Shown here in pieces: positions 10,462-22,194 of a stretch of DNA of 64,000 nt; position 1 is the stretch's first letter, and each line of letters opens with the position of its first letter. Both the position numbers and the translations under genes were made by a program. The notes below the pieces were generated by a model that was not told the DNA's origin, did no database searches, and was given only the letters and a program-made list of their open reading frames with translations. The stretch comes from Narcine bancroftii (lineage: Eukaryota): the NCBI RefSeq assembly GCF_036971445.1, contig NC_091473.1, positions 243,660,001-243,724,000 on the forward strand, given 5' to 3'.

Positions 10462-12232
10462 GCAGATGTGTCATCTTCCTACGGGTATGCGCGGCACTGA
10501 ACCCGGCCGGGATTGTTGGGGGTGCGGGGGGGTGGTGGTTGGACTGAGGGTCTCGCAGGATTCCTGGAAGGGAACCCGACCAAAAGGCAGTTGATACTTG
10601 GGACAGGGTTGGGACGCTCCTGTCTTTAATTTTCTATGGATACTGCGTGACCCGCGGTGTTTCTCCAGCACTGCATTTAATTAAAAAAAAATCTCCCAAT
10701 ATCAAATTGCTGGCTTCGTAGAGCAATGTAGGTTCAGCATTGTTGACTTGGCGTGTGCTGCTTTATTGCTTCGGAGAGGTTAGAAAGCGCATTTGCTTTG
10801 AGCCAGGATTAGAATGCATATATTTTGAAAGCAGAAATTGAACTACCAGAGGTGGGAAAAGGTTTAAATCAGGCTGCTGTAAGGGGTTGGAGTGGATTCT
10901 GATTGATGTTGTGTGTAAAAGGAGTCTCCAAGTATGAATGGGTGTTGGATGAGATTTTTATTCATTCGATGGGCTGGGAATGGGATGGTCCAGGATTTTG
11001 ACCCAGCGACGAAGTACGGGCAATATTTCCAAGTCAGGATGGATGGCTTGTGGTTGGAGAGGGCAACTTCTTGAAGGTGGTGCTCCTGCGCCTTTACCGC
11101 ATTAGCCTTCCAGCTGGCAGAGGAGGTGGGTTTGAAAGGTGACGGTGCAGCATATCGATGGTGGGGTGATGTAAAACCACAATGGTACTCACCATGTCAA
11201 ACTGTCCTTTATATAGCCAAGATTTAAAAAAAAAACATTATTTGGGCTTGAGCCCTTCATCAAGATTTATGTGGTGGGGTGAGTGGGTGTGGATGGGGAG
11301 TCAGTCAGGCAGTTGAGCTAGTGTGCACTCATCCAGGCAAGCAAAGAGTATTTCATCAAACACCTGTCTCCAGCCTTGTGAATGTGGATTGGCTTTGGAA
11401 GGTTATTAGCCTCAACCAGTTTATGGAGAATGGAAGATTAGCCATTAGTGCATTGGAATAGTCCAGTTGAGAACTGAGAACATGGAGATCTACAGCACAG
11501 GCCCTACTCCAGCAATTGCCTAGAATTTTGCAACTGCAGACCCTCCATTTTTCTCAGTTCCACACACCTATCCTATAGTATCTTGGAAGATCCTGTTGTA
11601 CCAGCCTCCATCACTGTTGCTAGCAGCTCAATCCATGCATCCACCATGCCGTGTGTGAAAAACTGACTACTTACTCCGGAGTACCTTAGAACTATGTCCC
11701 CTTGCTTCGGTTTCCTCCCACTCTTCCGAATCTACTGGGGGTGTAGGGTAATTGGGCGGCACAAGCTCATTGTCCGAAAGGGCTTGTTACCATGCTGTAG
11801 GTCCAAATTAAACCTTAACTTGTGACAGACATCGCTTTGTGAGCCTGAGTTGACGGATCAGGTCCTAATCCAGGACAGGGGTGCTGCACTGTACCATATT
11901 TTGTCAGCCTGTTTGAGTGAGAGGCCCTTCCCCCAAGGCCTTGAAGCCACATAAGACTGGGACCCAACCTCTCCATCAGCAGATGGTATGCTGTCTAACA
12001 TGCTGCTGGAACTTTCTGCAGTGTTTTCTTCCCCATGTGTGAAGCTGGAATTTAAATTTAGTTTGTGGAGTGCCTGTGTGAGATTCACACCAGTGGGTTG
12101 TGCACTGGTTGATGGCTGTAGCTGCAGCTTTCAATTTTGTTACTATTATTAGCCACTGGAGTGGGCTTTGCAAAATAATCAGTACTTGATTGCACTGTAT
12201 ACAAATTAACCCTATATTGTCTGGAAAATTTA

Positions 12233-12420
12233 AAAAAACAATGCTGAAGAAACTCAACAGGACAAATGGTGTACTTTATGTAGCAAAGATAAAGATTCAT
12301 AACCAACGTTTCAGGCCTGAGCCCTTCATTAACTTGTGAGCAAAATGCACTGTTTGACCTGCTGAGTGTCTCCAGCATTGTTTTTTTAAACTTCAGTCAC
12401 TGTTTACAGATTTTTGTTTA
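12233..12420. mobile_element. Fold-back Penelope-like terminal-repeat remnant
   Basis: Inverted arms aaacaatgctg.agaaactca.cagg.caaa and tttgacctgctgagt.tctccagcattgtttt, with a reverse hammerhead-like motif near 12308-12330. Confidence 0.6.
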
Positions 12421-12953
12421 ACTGTCTGGAGTTTAGGCTTGCACAAAGGATTTAATTTCCCACTTGTCTTGATCTTGGAAGAGCCATTGCAGGATATGAA
12501 CAGGTTTCTCACTCTCGTTCTGACACACCGCTGTTGTCCAGTAAACACTTTGAGTGATAACATGCATAAGCTGTTTAAAAACAAATCCTTCATTTTGTAG
12601 AAGAGTTTTGTGACATACCGAATATTGTTGTAATGACAAAACCTGCCTGATAGCTGGTTATAACTAGTTGCCCTGGCACTGTTCCCTTGCAAAGAGCAAA
12701 CATGTTGGGTGTTTTGGTGGTTTCAATGCTGAGTTTTGGGCTAATCAACATTATAGTATCATAAATAAAAAAGTAAAATAAAAACAGGAAAAGCTAGAAA
12801 AATCCAGATCAAGCAATATGTTGGGAAAGAGAAACAGTTAACTTTTCAGCTCAAACTTTTTTGTCAAAACCTCAATTCAGGGAGAGCTCCAGACCTGAGT
12901 GTTTTTTTTTTACCATTGTGCCTGCTTTAAGCAATTCTAGCTTTCATTTGTAT

Positions 12954-13050
12954 CAGTGGTTTTCAAACTTTTTCTTTCGAGGTAATCCATTAGTAATCAC
13001 AGAGCACCTATGGCATATGTGAGTGGAAAGAAAAAGTTTGAAAACCACTG
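12954..13050. mobile_element. hAT-type MITE (97 bp)
   Basis: Perfect 25-bp TIRs CAGTGGTTTTCAAACTTTTTCTTTC / GAAAGAAAAAGTTTGAAAACCACTG. Relatives at about 29133, 46742 and 52480-52820. Confidence 0.8.
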
Positions 13051-13169
13051 ATTTATCTTGGGAATATCACACTTGAAGAGTTCTGTACTCCATATTATTA
13101 AATGGATAACAGATGCACGAAGATGTAACAAAAGGTTTGCAAGGTTGACCCTGTAACAGAGAGCAGAAT

Positions 13170-14010
13170 CAGAATTTAGTGTCATGAACGTGTCACGAAA
13201 TTCGTTGTTTTGCAGCAGCGTCACGGTGTAAACGTTTCTAGAAACCACCTTACAAAATAAAGAACAGTGCAGGAAAAAAGTCAAAGTGACACTGCGTCTG
13301 TGATGCATTGTTCATTCAGGAATCTCATGGCAGAGGGGAAGAAATTGTCCTTGTGCAGCTGAGCGCTCCTCTTCAGGCTCCTGAACCTTTTTCCCCAGTG
13401 GTAACAGAGTGAAGAGGCCATGGCCTGGGAAGTAGAGGTCCTTGAGGATAGGGGCTGCTTCCTTTAAACACTGCCTCTTGTAGATGTACTCAATGGAATG
13501 AAGACTGGTGCCGTTGACAGGCTGAGTTAACCACTCTGGAGTTTTTTTTTCTTGGCCCTCAGTACCAGACGGTGATGCAACCACCCAGAATGTTCGCCAC
13601 AGTACATCTGTAGATGTTTTCAAGGCTCTTTGGTGATGTACTAAATCTCCTCAAACTCCTCACAAAGTATAGTCACTGGTGAGCCTTCTTCGTGATTGCA
13701 TCAATGTGACAGTTCCAGGGCAGATTCTTGGAGATGTTGACTCCCAGGGATTTGAAGTTCTTGACCATCTCCTGACCCCCTCGACGAGGATTGGTTTGCG
13801 TTCTCCTGATTTCCTCCTGAAGTCCACAGTCATCTCTTTGGTTTTGCTAACATTGAATGCAAGATGGTTATTGTGACACCACTCAACGAGCTGATCTACC
13901 TCCCTCCTGTTCACTTCCTCATTGCCGTCTCTAATTCTGCTGATAACCATACAAAAATTTGTAGATAGCATTGGAATTGTGCCTGACCACTCTGTCATGG
14001 GTGTAGAGTG
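13170..14010 (-). mobile_element. Rex/Babar- or L2-like LINE RT 3' fragment
   Basis: Minus ORFs RREVDQLVEWCHNNHLAFNVSKTKEMTVDFRRK and HGLFTLLPLGK. Confidence 0.8.
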
Positions 14011-14039
14011 AGTGAGATTAAATGGCTGAGGTGTGATAA

Positions 14040-15480
14040 ATTGTTAAAATCAAGAAGGATTCTATATTATCTGACCCTAAAAAAGCCCCCCCCCCCCACA
14101 CTATTAAAGCATATAATTACAATGTGGAATAAAATTAATGGTTAAATTGGGGATGGAGGTTGGGGGGGGGGGGAGAGAGGGGGTCTTTCACCCCTGGTTC
14201 AAAATGTGCTAATTTCATTAACGATTGATGATAAAATCCTGGACACTTAGTCCCAGAGGGGTCAAATGTATTGAGGATTGTTATGAGGAGGGATAATTTA
14301 TGACGTTTGAGGAAATTAGGAATAAATATGGAGTTTCAAATACATTAAAAAAAAATGCTATCTTCAGTTAAGATCTTATTTAAGGGACAAATTAGGTCCA
14401 GCACCAACTTTACTATTAGTGAAGTGAAATAGAGACTCTGGTTTGAAAAGGGTGCACAAAAAAATTTACTTCAAAACTGTATTCCTTACTTCAGATGGGA
14501 ACCCTTAAACAAGGGCTTGATAAATCAAGGCAAAGATGGGAATCGGGTTTGGGTATAGATATTGATCCATTTTGCTGGTCTGACAGGATAGCAAGATTAA
14601 CCTGATCAATGTAAGATACAACTTCTCGCATCAGCTATACCTTACTCCACAAATGTTACATAAATCAAGATCGGAAATATCAGACCAAGAAATAGGTATG
14701 TTCTTGGATTCAACTTGGTCAGGCTCTAAAGTGAGGCATTTCTAAGAAGATTTGGGTAATCTCAAATAAAAATTATTGGAATTTGATGCCCTCAGGCACC
14801 TGAATTATTTTTATTGGGGAATTTAGAAGACATAAGACCTAAAATGAGGCTGGCAAAATATCAGTTAAAATTCATTAAGGTCACTTTAGCAGTGGCCAGA
14901 AAATGTATAGCAGCTACTTGGAAATCTGATTCCCAACTAGGTTTAGTTCGCTTGAAGATAGAAATGTATCGTTGTATTTCCCGTGGAGAATATCACCTCT
15001 AACCTCGGAAACAGGTGTGATGTATTTTCAAGGATATGGAATTCATACCTAAATTCTTAATGATTTCCCCCTTCCTGTCTCTTCCACCGCCTCCCCCAAC
15101 CCCAGTGCTCGCAGCGCCGTGGACCATAGATAAGTGAGGTTATTGGTCCCTTGATGGGAGTGGGGTTTATCCCAGGTGAAGCCAATCTTCTTTTTTCTCT
15201 TTTTCTTCTTGTTTCTTGGGGGTGGTAAGGTTCCTCTTATTTTGTTCTTCTTTCTCTCTATTGTCTTTTTCTCTTTGGTTCAACATGGACATTGAATTTG
15301 CATTTTTGTAGTATTGTTGTAATTTTTCTTTCTAATAATTGAATCACATGTTGACTCTTTTTCTCACTTTAACATTGACATGCGATCAACATTTGTATTG
15401 ATGTTTTTCTTTTTGATTATTCTTAGTTTTGACTGCATGTTGATTGAAAATTCTCAAAATAAAATATTCCAAAATAAAAG
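14040..15480 (+). mobile_element. Degenerate L1/Tx1-clade LINE 3' region (same family as 1-730)
   Basis: LGNLEDIRP..LAVARKCIAATWKSDS, multiple stops, and an A-rich tail at about 15455-15480. Confidence 0.65.
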
Positions 15481-15895
15481 TTAAGAAGGTTTGCTGTGGA
15501 GCAACTATTAATGTTCTACTTGTGCAGAAATCTAAAATTCTTGGACATGCAAATACTTTACAAAGGAAAAGAACTTGGCAATGCAGGGTCATGAGGCGAG
15601 AACTCTTTGCTGTCAGGAGTCATTGTGGGGAAAAATAAGACTTGTGCATTTTGGATGCATATGTTGATAGTTTTGGACATGACCCTACAGCTCAGAAACT
15701 GGTCCACCCTGCCAGCCATCTTGTATACTGATTCCATTAACCAGTTCTTGATCTGTAACCTTCCATGCATTGGTGACTCTAGTGCTCTTCCCCATAATTT
15801 GGAATGGGAAGAGGGGGTTGTGTGGAGTGTAATATAGGCTTTGGTTGAATTACCCATTTCTGCCTGGTTTGTTTTCTGTTCTTTTGTCTCTGCAG

Positions 15896-16014
15896 ATTTT
15901 TGCTATATTTGCATTTGGAACATGTGGTGGTTATTCAGGAGAGAGTGTGGCTTCTGTTAAATGTATACGTGGCAAGGAGGAGTTGATCTCTGTCCACTTC
16001 CATTATCCCTTCAG
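15896..16014 (+). CDS. SYPL2: SYPL2 coding exon 3 ([22 protein letters not shown])
   Basis: tgcag acceptor, AG|gtaggt donor, phases 0/2. Physin motifs [10 protein letters not shown] and YPFR. Confidence 0.95.
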
Positions 16015-16519
16015 GTAGGTATCATTGTATCTGGTGTAATCTGATCAGCTATGGGAAGGAATACCATTTTCCCAACCCTGGCCTCTGTGGAGCTTTGCAC
16101 TGGTAGTCAATTGCTTCATCTGGTTTGCTCTGCCATGATTAAAGTTTCCATTTACAATGACCCTCCAAAATCTCCACCAACTCTTTCACAGCACACAAAG
16201 CTCCCAAAACCCTGTTTATGGCATCATCACCATTCTGCTCCCGTGCTCAGCTTCTCCCAAGACTTGAGTAAAATATGAAGGTCTGCAAACTCTGTGATTT
16301 TAATAAAAACACAATGCTTGACAAGCTCAACAGATCAAACAGTAGCAAAGATAAACATTCATAACCAATGTTTTGGGATTCAGATTTATTGTTAGAGTGC
16401 ATACTTGACATCACAAACAACCCTGAGATGCAACCTTTAGCTCTTCATCAAGGTATTAGCAAAATGTAGGCAGGTGCCTGAACAAAGGGAAGGGAGAGGG
16501 GGGAGGGTTTCTCTTAAAA

Positions 16520-18239
16520 TGATTCGTTGCAGGGATATTCATAAAGTATCACTATATGCAGATGTTTTATTGTTATGTATTTCCAATCCTGAAAATTCTA
16601 TTCCTGCAGTTTTATCTTTATTAGCCCAATTTAGTAATTTTTCAGGATATAAACTGAACTTAAATAAAAGTGAATTATTCCCTTTTAATGGATGGGTTCC
16701 TATTTATGATAGTTTGCCTTTTAAAATAGCTAGAGACCATTTTATATATTTAGGGATTAAGATTACTAAAAAACATAAAGATTTGTTTAGGACTAATTTT
16801 TTCCCTCTATTGGACCTGATCGGTAGTTTACTTACCAATTGGTCACCATTATCCCTATCCATGATAGGCTGAATTAATGCTATTAAGATGATGATCTTAC
16901 CTAAATTTTTATATATATTCCAAGCTATACCTATTTTTGTTCCTAAATCTTTTTTTTGATAAGGTCGATTCTAAATTGTCCTCGTATATCTGGCAAAACA
17001 AGAATCCTAGATTGGGGAAAAAATATTTACAGAAATCTAAACTAGAGGGAGGGTTGGCATTACCCATCTTTAGAATTTATTACTGGGCAATTAATATTAG
17101 TTACTTAAGGTATTGGTTGAATTATTCAGAATTATCTCTAAATCCCCATTGGGAAAATTTAGAAATTAAACCGATACAAAATTTTTCAATTAGCTCTATT
17201 TTGGGAGCTGCTCTCCCTTTTACTCTTACTAAATTATATAAACAAATTGATAATCCAATGGCTAAACATACACTACGTATATGGTTTCAATTCCGGAGAT
17301 TTTTTGGCCTAACTCATTTTATCTTGGAAACTCCTATTGTACTAAATTTCCTTTTTCGTCCCTCTCTAATTGATTTATTTACTCTGGAAAGTTAAAGGTA
17401 TAACATGCTTTTCGGATTTATTCTTGGATAACTCTTTCATGTCATTTGAACAATTATCCATGAAATATGATTTACCTCGATCTCATTTCTTTCGATATTT
17501 GCAGATTAGGAGTTTCTTAGTTTCGACTTTACCCTCTTTTCCCAATCGGGAGACTACGACTGTTTTAGAGGATATACTATATTCAAAATTCCCTCCAAAA
17601 GGTGTGATATCTAAATTATATAATATAATTACAAAAATAAATTCTGGGACTTTTGAAAAGTTTAAAAATGATTGGGAAAGAGAACTCAATCTTCATATTT
17701 CGAATGAAAATTGGAATAAAATTCTGCGACTGGTAAACTCTTCTCTATGTGCAAAACATTCACTAATACAGTTTAAAGTTGTTCATAGAGCTCATATGTC
17801 TAAAGATAAACTCCATCGCTTTTATTCTCATATCGATCCTATATGTGATAAATGTCAATTGGAAATAGCTTCCATTACACATATGTTTTGGTCCTGTCCC
17901 TCTTTACAGAATTATTGGAAGGAAATTTTTTCCATTATATCTACTGTTTTGAATATTGATTTACAACCACATCCCATTACTGCAATTTTTGGATTACCTA
18001 TGATAGATTTGACTTATTTATTTCTTCCTGCGGATCATATGATTGCTTTTCTTACACTAATGGCTAGAAGATCTATACTATTCAATTGGAAAGAGGTTAA
18101 TCCTCCCACTGTTTTCCAATGGTTTACCCAAACTATACTATGTTTAAATTTAGAGAAAATTAGAAACTCTGTCTATGAATCCCCTTCTAAGTTTGAGTTA
18201 ACCTGGCGACCATTTATTCAATATTTTCATTTGTGGTGA
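16520..18239 (+). mobile_element. 5'-truncated L1/Tx1-clade LINE ORF2 (RT C-terminal part to Cys-rich domain), disrupted
   Basis: HKVSLYAD, FSGYKLNLNKSE, YLGIKI, GGLALP, CDKC..HMFWSC motifs. Premature TGA at 16870-16872 and frameshifts. Confidence 0.9.
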
Positions 18240-18285
18240 GAAACATGCTGATTCTTTACTTTTTAGGTGCTTCGCTAAGCACCTT

Positions 18286-19945
18286 TGCTCCGTCCGCGAC
18301 GGGGACTCGCGTTGCTCCGTCCGCGACGGGGACTCGCGTTGCTCCGTCCGCGACGGGGACTCGCGTTGCTCCGTCCGCGACGGGGACTCGCGTTGCTCCG
18401 TCCGCGACGGGGACTCGCGTTGCTCCGTCCGCGACGGGGACTCGCGTTGCTCCGTCCGCGACGGGGACTCGCGTTGCTCCGTCCGCGACGGGGACTCGCG
18501 TTGCTCCGTCCGCGACGGGGACTCGCGTTGCTCCGTCCGCGACGGGGACTCGCGTTGCTCCGTCCGCGACGGGGACTCGCGTTGCTCCGTCCGCGACGGG
18601 GACTCGCGTTGCTCCGTCCGCGACGGGGACTCGCGTTGCTCCGTCCGCGACGGGGACTCGCGTTGCTCCGTCCGCGACGGGGACTCGCGTTGCTCCGTCC
18701 GCGACGGGGACTCGCGTTGCTCCGTCCGCGACGGGGACTCGCGTTGCTCCGTCCGCGACGGGGACTCGCGTTGCTCCGTCCGCGACGGGGACTCGCGTTG
18801 CTCCGTCCGCGACGGGGACTCGCGTTGCTCCGTCCGCGACGGGGACTCGCGTTGCTCCGTCCGCGACGGGGACTCGCGTTGCTCCGTCCGCGACGGGGAC
18901 TCGCGTTGCTCCGTCCGCGACGGGGACTCGCGTTGCTCCGTCCGCGACGGGGACTCGCGTTGCTCCGTCCGCGACGGGGACTCGCGTTGCTCCGTCCGCG
19001 ACGGGGACTCGCGTTGCTCCGTCCGCGACGGGGACTCGCGTTGCTCCGTCCGCGACGGGGACTCGCGTTGCTCCGTCCGCGACGGGGACTCGCGTTGCTC
19101 CGTCCGCGACGGGGACTCGCGTTGCTCCGTCCGCGACGGGGACTCGCGTTGCTCCGTCCGCGACGGGGACTCGCGTTGCTCCGTCCGCGACGGGGACTCG
19201 CGTTGCTCCGTCCGCGACGGGGACTCGCGTTGCTCCGTCCGCGACGGGGACTCGCGTTGCTCCGTCCGCGACGGGGACTCGCGTTGCTCCGTCCGCGACG
19301 GGGACTCGCGTTGCTCCGTCCGCGACGGGGACTCGCGTTGCTCCGTCCGCGACGGGGACTCGCGTTGCTCCGTCCGCGACGGGGACTCGCGTTGCTCCGT
19401 CCGCGACGGGGACTCGCGTTGCTCCGTCCGCGACGGGGACTCGCGTTGCTCCGTCCGCGACGGGGACTCGCGTTGCTCCGTCCGCGACGGGGACTCGCGT
19501 TGCTCCGTCCGCGACGGGGACTCGCGTTGCTCCGTCCGCGACGGGGACTCGCGTTGCTCCGTCCGCGACGGGGACTCGCGTTGCTCCGTCCGCGACGGGG
19601 ACTCGCGTTGCTCCGTCCGCGACGGGGACTCGCGTTGCTCCGTCCGCGACGGGGACTCGCGTTGCTCCGTCCGCGACGGGGACTCGCGTTGCTCCGTCCG
19701 CGACGGGGACTCGCGTTGCTCCGTCCGCGACGGGGACTCGCGTTGCTCCGTCCGCGACGGGGACTCGCGTTGCTCCGTCCGCGACGGGGACTCGCGTTGC
19801 TCCGTCCGCGACGGGGACTCGCGTTGCTCCGTCCGCGACGGGGACTCGCGTTGCTCCGTCCGCGACGGGGACTCGCGTTGCTCCGTCCGCGACGGGGACT
19901 CGCGTTGCTCCGTCCGCGACGGGGACTCGCGTTGCTCCGTCCGCG
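18286..19945 (+). repeat. Perfect 27-bp tandem array (TGCTCCGTCCGCGACGGGGACTCGCGT) x 61 plus a 13-nt partial unit
   Basis: No variant unit seen; 6 CpG per unit. Confidence 0.98.
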
Positions 19946-19984
19946 TGTGGTGAACGGTATGGTCCTGGGAACTATGGTCTCCTT

Positions 19985-20760
19985 ACTTGAGAAAATGGTA
20001 CAGAGGAAGTTCACCGGGTTGATTCCACGGATGAGGGGGTTCGCCTATGAGGAGATATTGAGGCATCAGCGACTATACTCTCTGAAATTTAGAAGAATGA
20101 GAGGGGATCTTATAGAAACATAAAATTATGAAAGATATTGATAAGATGGAGGTAAGAAAGTTGTTTCATTTGGTGGGAGAGACATGAACTAGGAGGAGGA
20201 ACTGCTTTTCCCAGAGGGTGGTGAATCTGGAATTTGCTGCCCATCGAAGCTGTGGAGATGTTGGATAGATGTTTAGAGGAACGGAATTAAGGGATGTGGG
20301 GAAAAGGCAGGTAGGTGGAGACAAGCCTATCATCAGATCAGCCATGATCTCATTGATGCAGGCTCAATGGGCTGAATGGCCCACAGCTACTTGTATTTCT
20401 TATGTTCTTGTGTGTTATAGAACAAATAGTCAGGATACAAGTATATAGTTCTTCGAATGTGGTGACACATGTAGTCTGGATGGTGAACAAAGTGTTTGGT
20501 CCAATTGCCTTCATTAGGGCATCGAATACAGGATTTAGAAAGGTAATGATGCCATTGCAAGATACTGGTAAGACTATGATGGAGTATTATGTGCTGTTGT
20601 GGTCACCCAGTTATCCAAAATATCATTTAGGATAGAAAGGGTACAGAAAGGATCCACAAGAATATTACTGGAAATGGTTAGGTGTGAATTATAACAATAA
20701 GCTAGAAATTTGCTCTGTGGAGTGCAGGAGACAAAGTGGGAGGAGACCTAATTGAGGATT
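19985..20760 (+). mobile_element. Two CR1 3' fragments
   Basis: LEKMVQRKFTGLIP.MRG.AYEE.L..LYSLKFRRMRGDLIET plus a CR1 tail; a second decayed copy starts near 20430. Confidence 0.7.
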
Positions 20761-21542
20761 TGGAACTTGGTAATTTTGCAGCTGGTAAAACTTGCCCTGT
20801 GGCCACACTTTGTATCCCAACTGCATACCTATGATATTCCCGATCCTGGCTCTAGCTACACGTGGCCCACACTCCCAGTAATACATTGATGGCCTCTCTG
20901 ATCCATGGACAATGAGGTCTTGTTGTACAAATGACTGAGCCATTGGGATTTATGAACATTCGGGTCCAGAATTATTTGAGTCTAGCAGTATTTGGTCACT
21001 TCCAATCCAGGTTAAAGGGGGAAAAAGACCCTTGCAAGTGAAGCCTCTTATTTCTGATATTTGAGAAATTCTGATACTTGAATTTCGACCTAAAATGTAA
21101 GTTTTGAGCGATGCTCTTTGCAAGATGACCCTCCCCCCCCCTCCAAAAAAGGGCACACTGCTAACCAGTGGATGCTGTTGAAGCAAATCACAATATTTTA
21201 ACTCCAACTTACCCTGTAAAGGTTTTAATTTTATTGGCATATTTTAAAATAAACCACCATTGCCTCCTGTAACAGGCTATTTAAAGCCTGCACAGAGCTG
21301 ACGGCAGTCAGGCTGGGCAGATGGACCCCACAGGCGAGTGCTGAGACTTCATTGATTAACGAACAGGACATGTGCAAGATTGTGTGGGAAGATAGAAGAG
21401 GTGTTGAGACTTCACTGTCAAGGTGTGGATTTTAGACCTGGCAAACAACACGACCAAATTTTTGAGGTGACACGAGTTTCGAGGATCATCCTAAATGTCA
21501 GCATCTATGGTACTTTCTCTAACCACTTGTCTTGCGTTGTAG

Positions 21543-21744
21543 GTTAAACAGAGTTTCTTACCAAGCACTCACCTGTAATAATGTGACTGTTTATAACACC
21601 GTGTATCTGAATGGAGACTTCTCCTCATCTGCGGAATTCTTTGTGACGATTGGAGTGTTTACATTCCTATACTGCATGGCAGCTCTGTTGCTGTATGTAG
21701 GATATCAGAATTTCTATCTGCAGAACAAGTATGTGCCTCTTGCT
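21543..21744 (+). CDS. SYPL2: SYPL2 coding exon 4 (LNRVSY..GDFSSSAEFFVTIGVFTFLYCMAALLLYVGY..VPLA)
   Basis: tgtag acceptor, GCT|gtaagt donor, phases 2/0. Encodes MARVEL TM2. Confidence 0.96.
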
Positions 21745-21972
21745 GTAAGTACCATTGTTTAATGCAACCATCTCTACACTAATTTGTAAGCATGCTATTG
21801 CACCTTAACAATCTCTGAGCGTGCGCTTCTCTGATATAGTCCACTGACCTGAAATCAATAGCCACTTGTACAAAAGAGCATTACTTTTTATTTCTAAAGT
21901 TCTTTGAAATCTTTGAATTATCAATTAAATTTTGCATTTGAGAAAAATATGGAAAATGACCTCTTTTCTAGT

Positions 21973-22194
21973 TGTTGTAAAATGAGCACCAGCTGACTGC
22001 AGGGAGCAATCTCTTTACCTGCAGGAAGACCACCTAAGGGGCTGACTCCACCTGGCTGGCTGAATATAAACCTGAGCGAGTCACATGGGGAGCCACCAAG
22101 GCATGAACTGGTGTTCAGACTTTTACTGGAATAAAGCCTGTTGTACAGTCTCTTCTGAGTTTATGCTTGCTCGCTGCTACCTCAGCAGAGCACA
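21973..22194 (+). mobile_element. Solo LTR (222 bp)
   Basis: TGTTG...GCACA termini, 5-bp TSD CTAGT (21968-21972, 22195-22199), TATAAA near 22065 and AATAAA at 22130-22135. Confidence 0.85.

Noticed and set aside
9791-10594. Gly-rich and Pro-rich ORFs on both strands
   Set aside because: They are translations of the G-tract and the N gap inside SYPL2 intron 2.
16474-18239. Intact or domesticated reverse transcriptase gene
   Set aside because: It is 5'-truncated, YADD reads YADV, and it has a premature stop and frameshifts.
18275-20014. Protamine/sperm-histone-like antisense ORF (SPRRGRSNA)n and the (LLRPRRGLA)n frame
   Set aside because: These are automatic consequences of a stop-free 27-bp GC-rich unit. 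No synonymous variation or independent gene signals support them.
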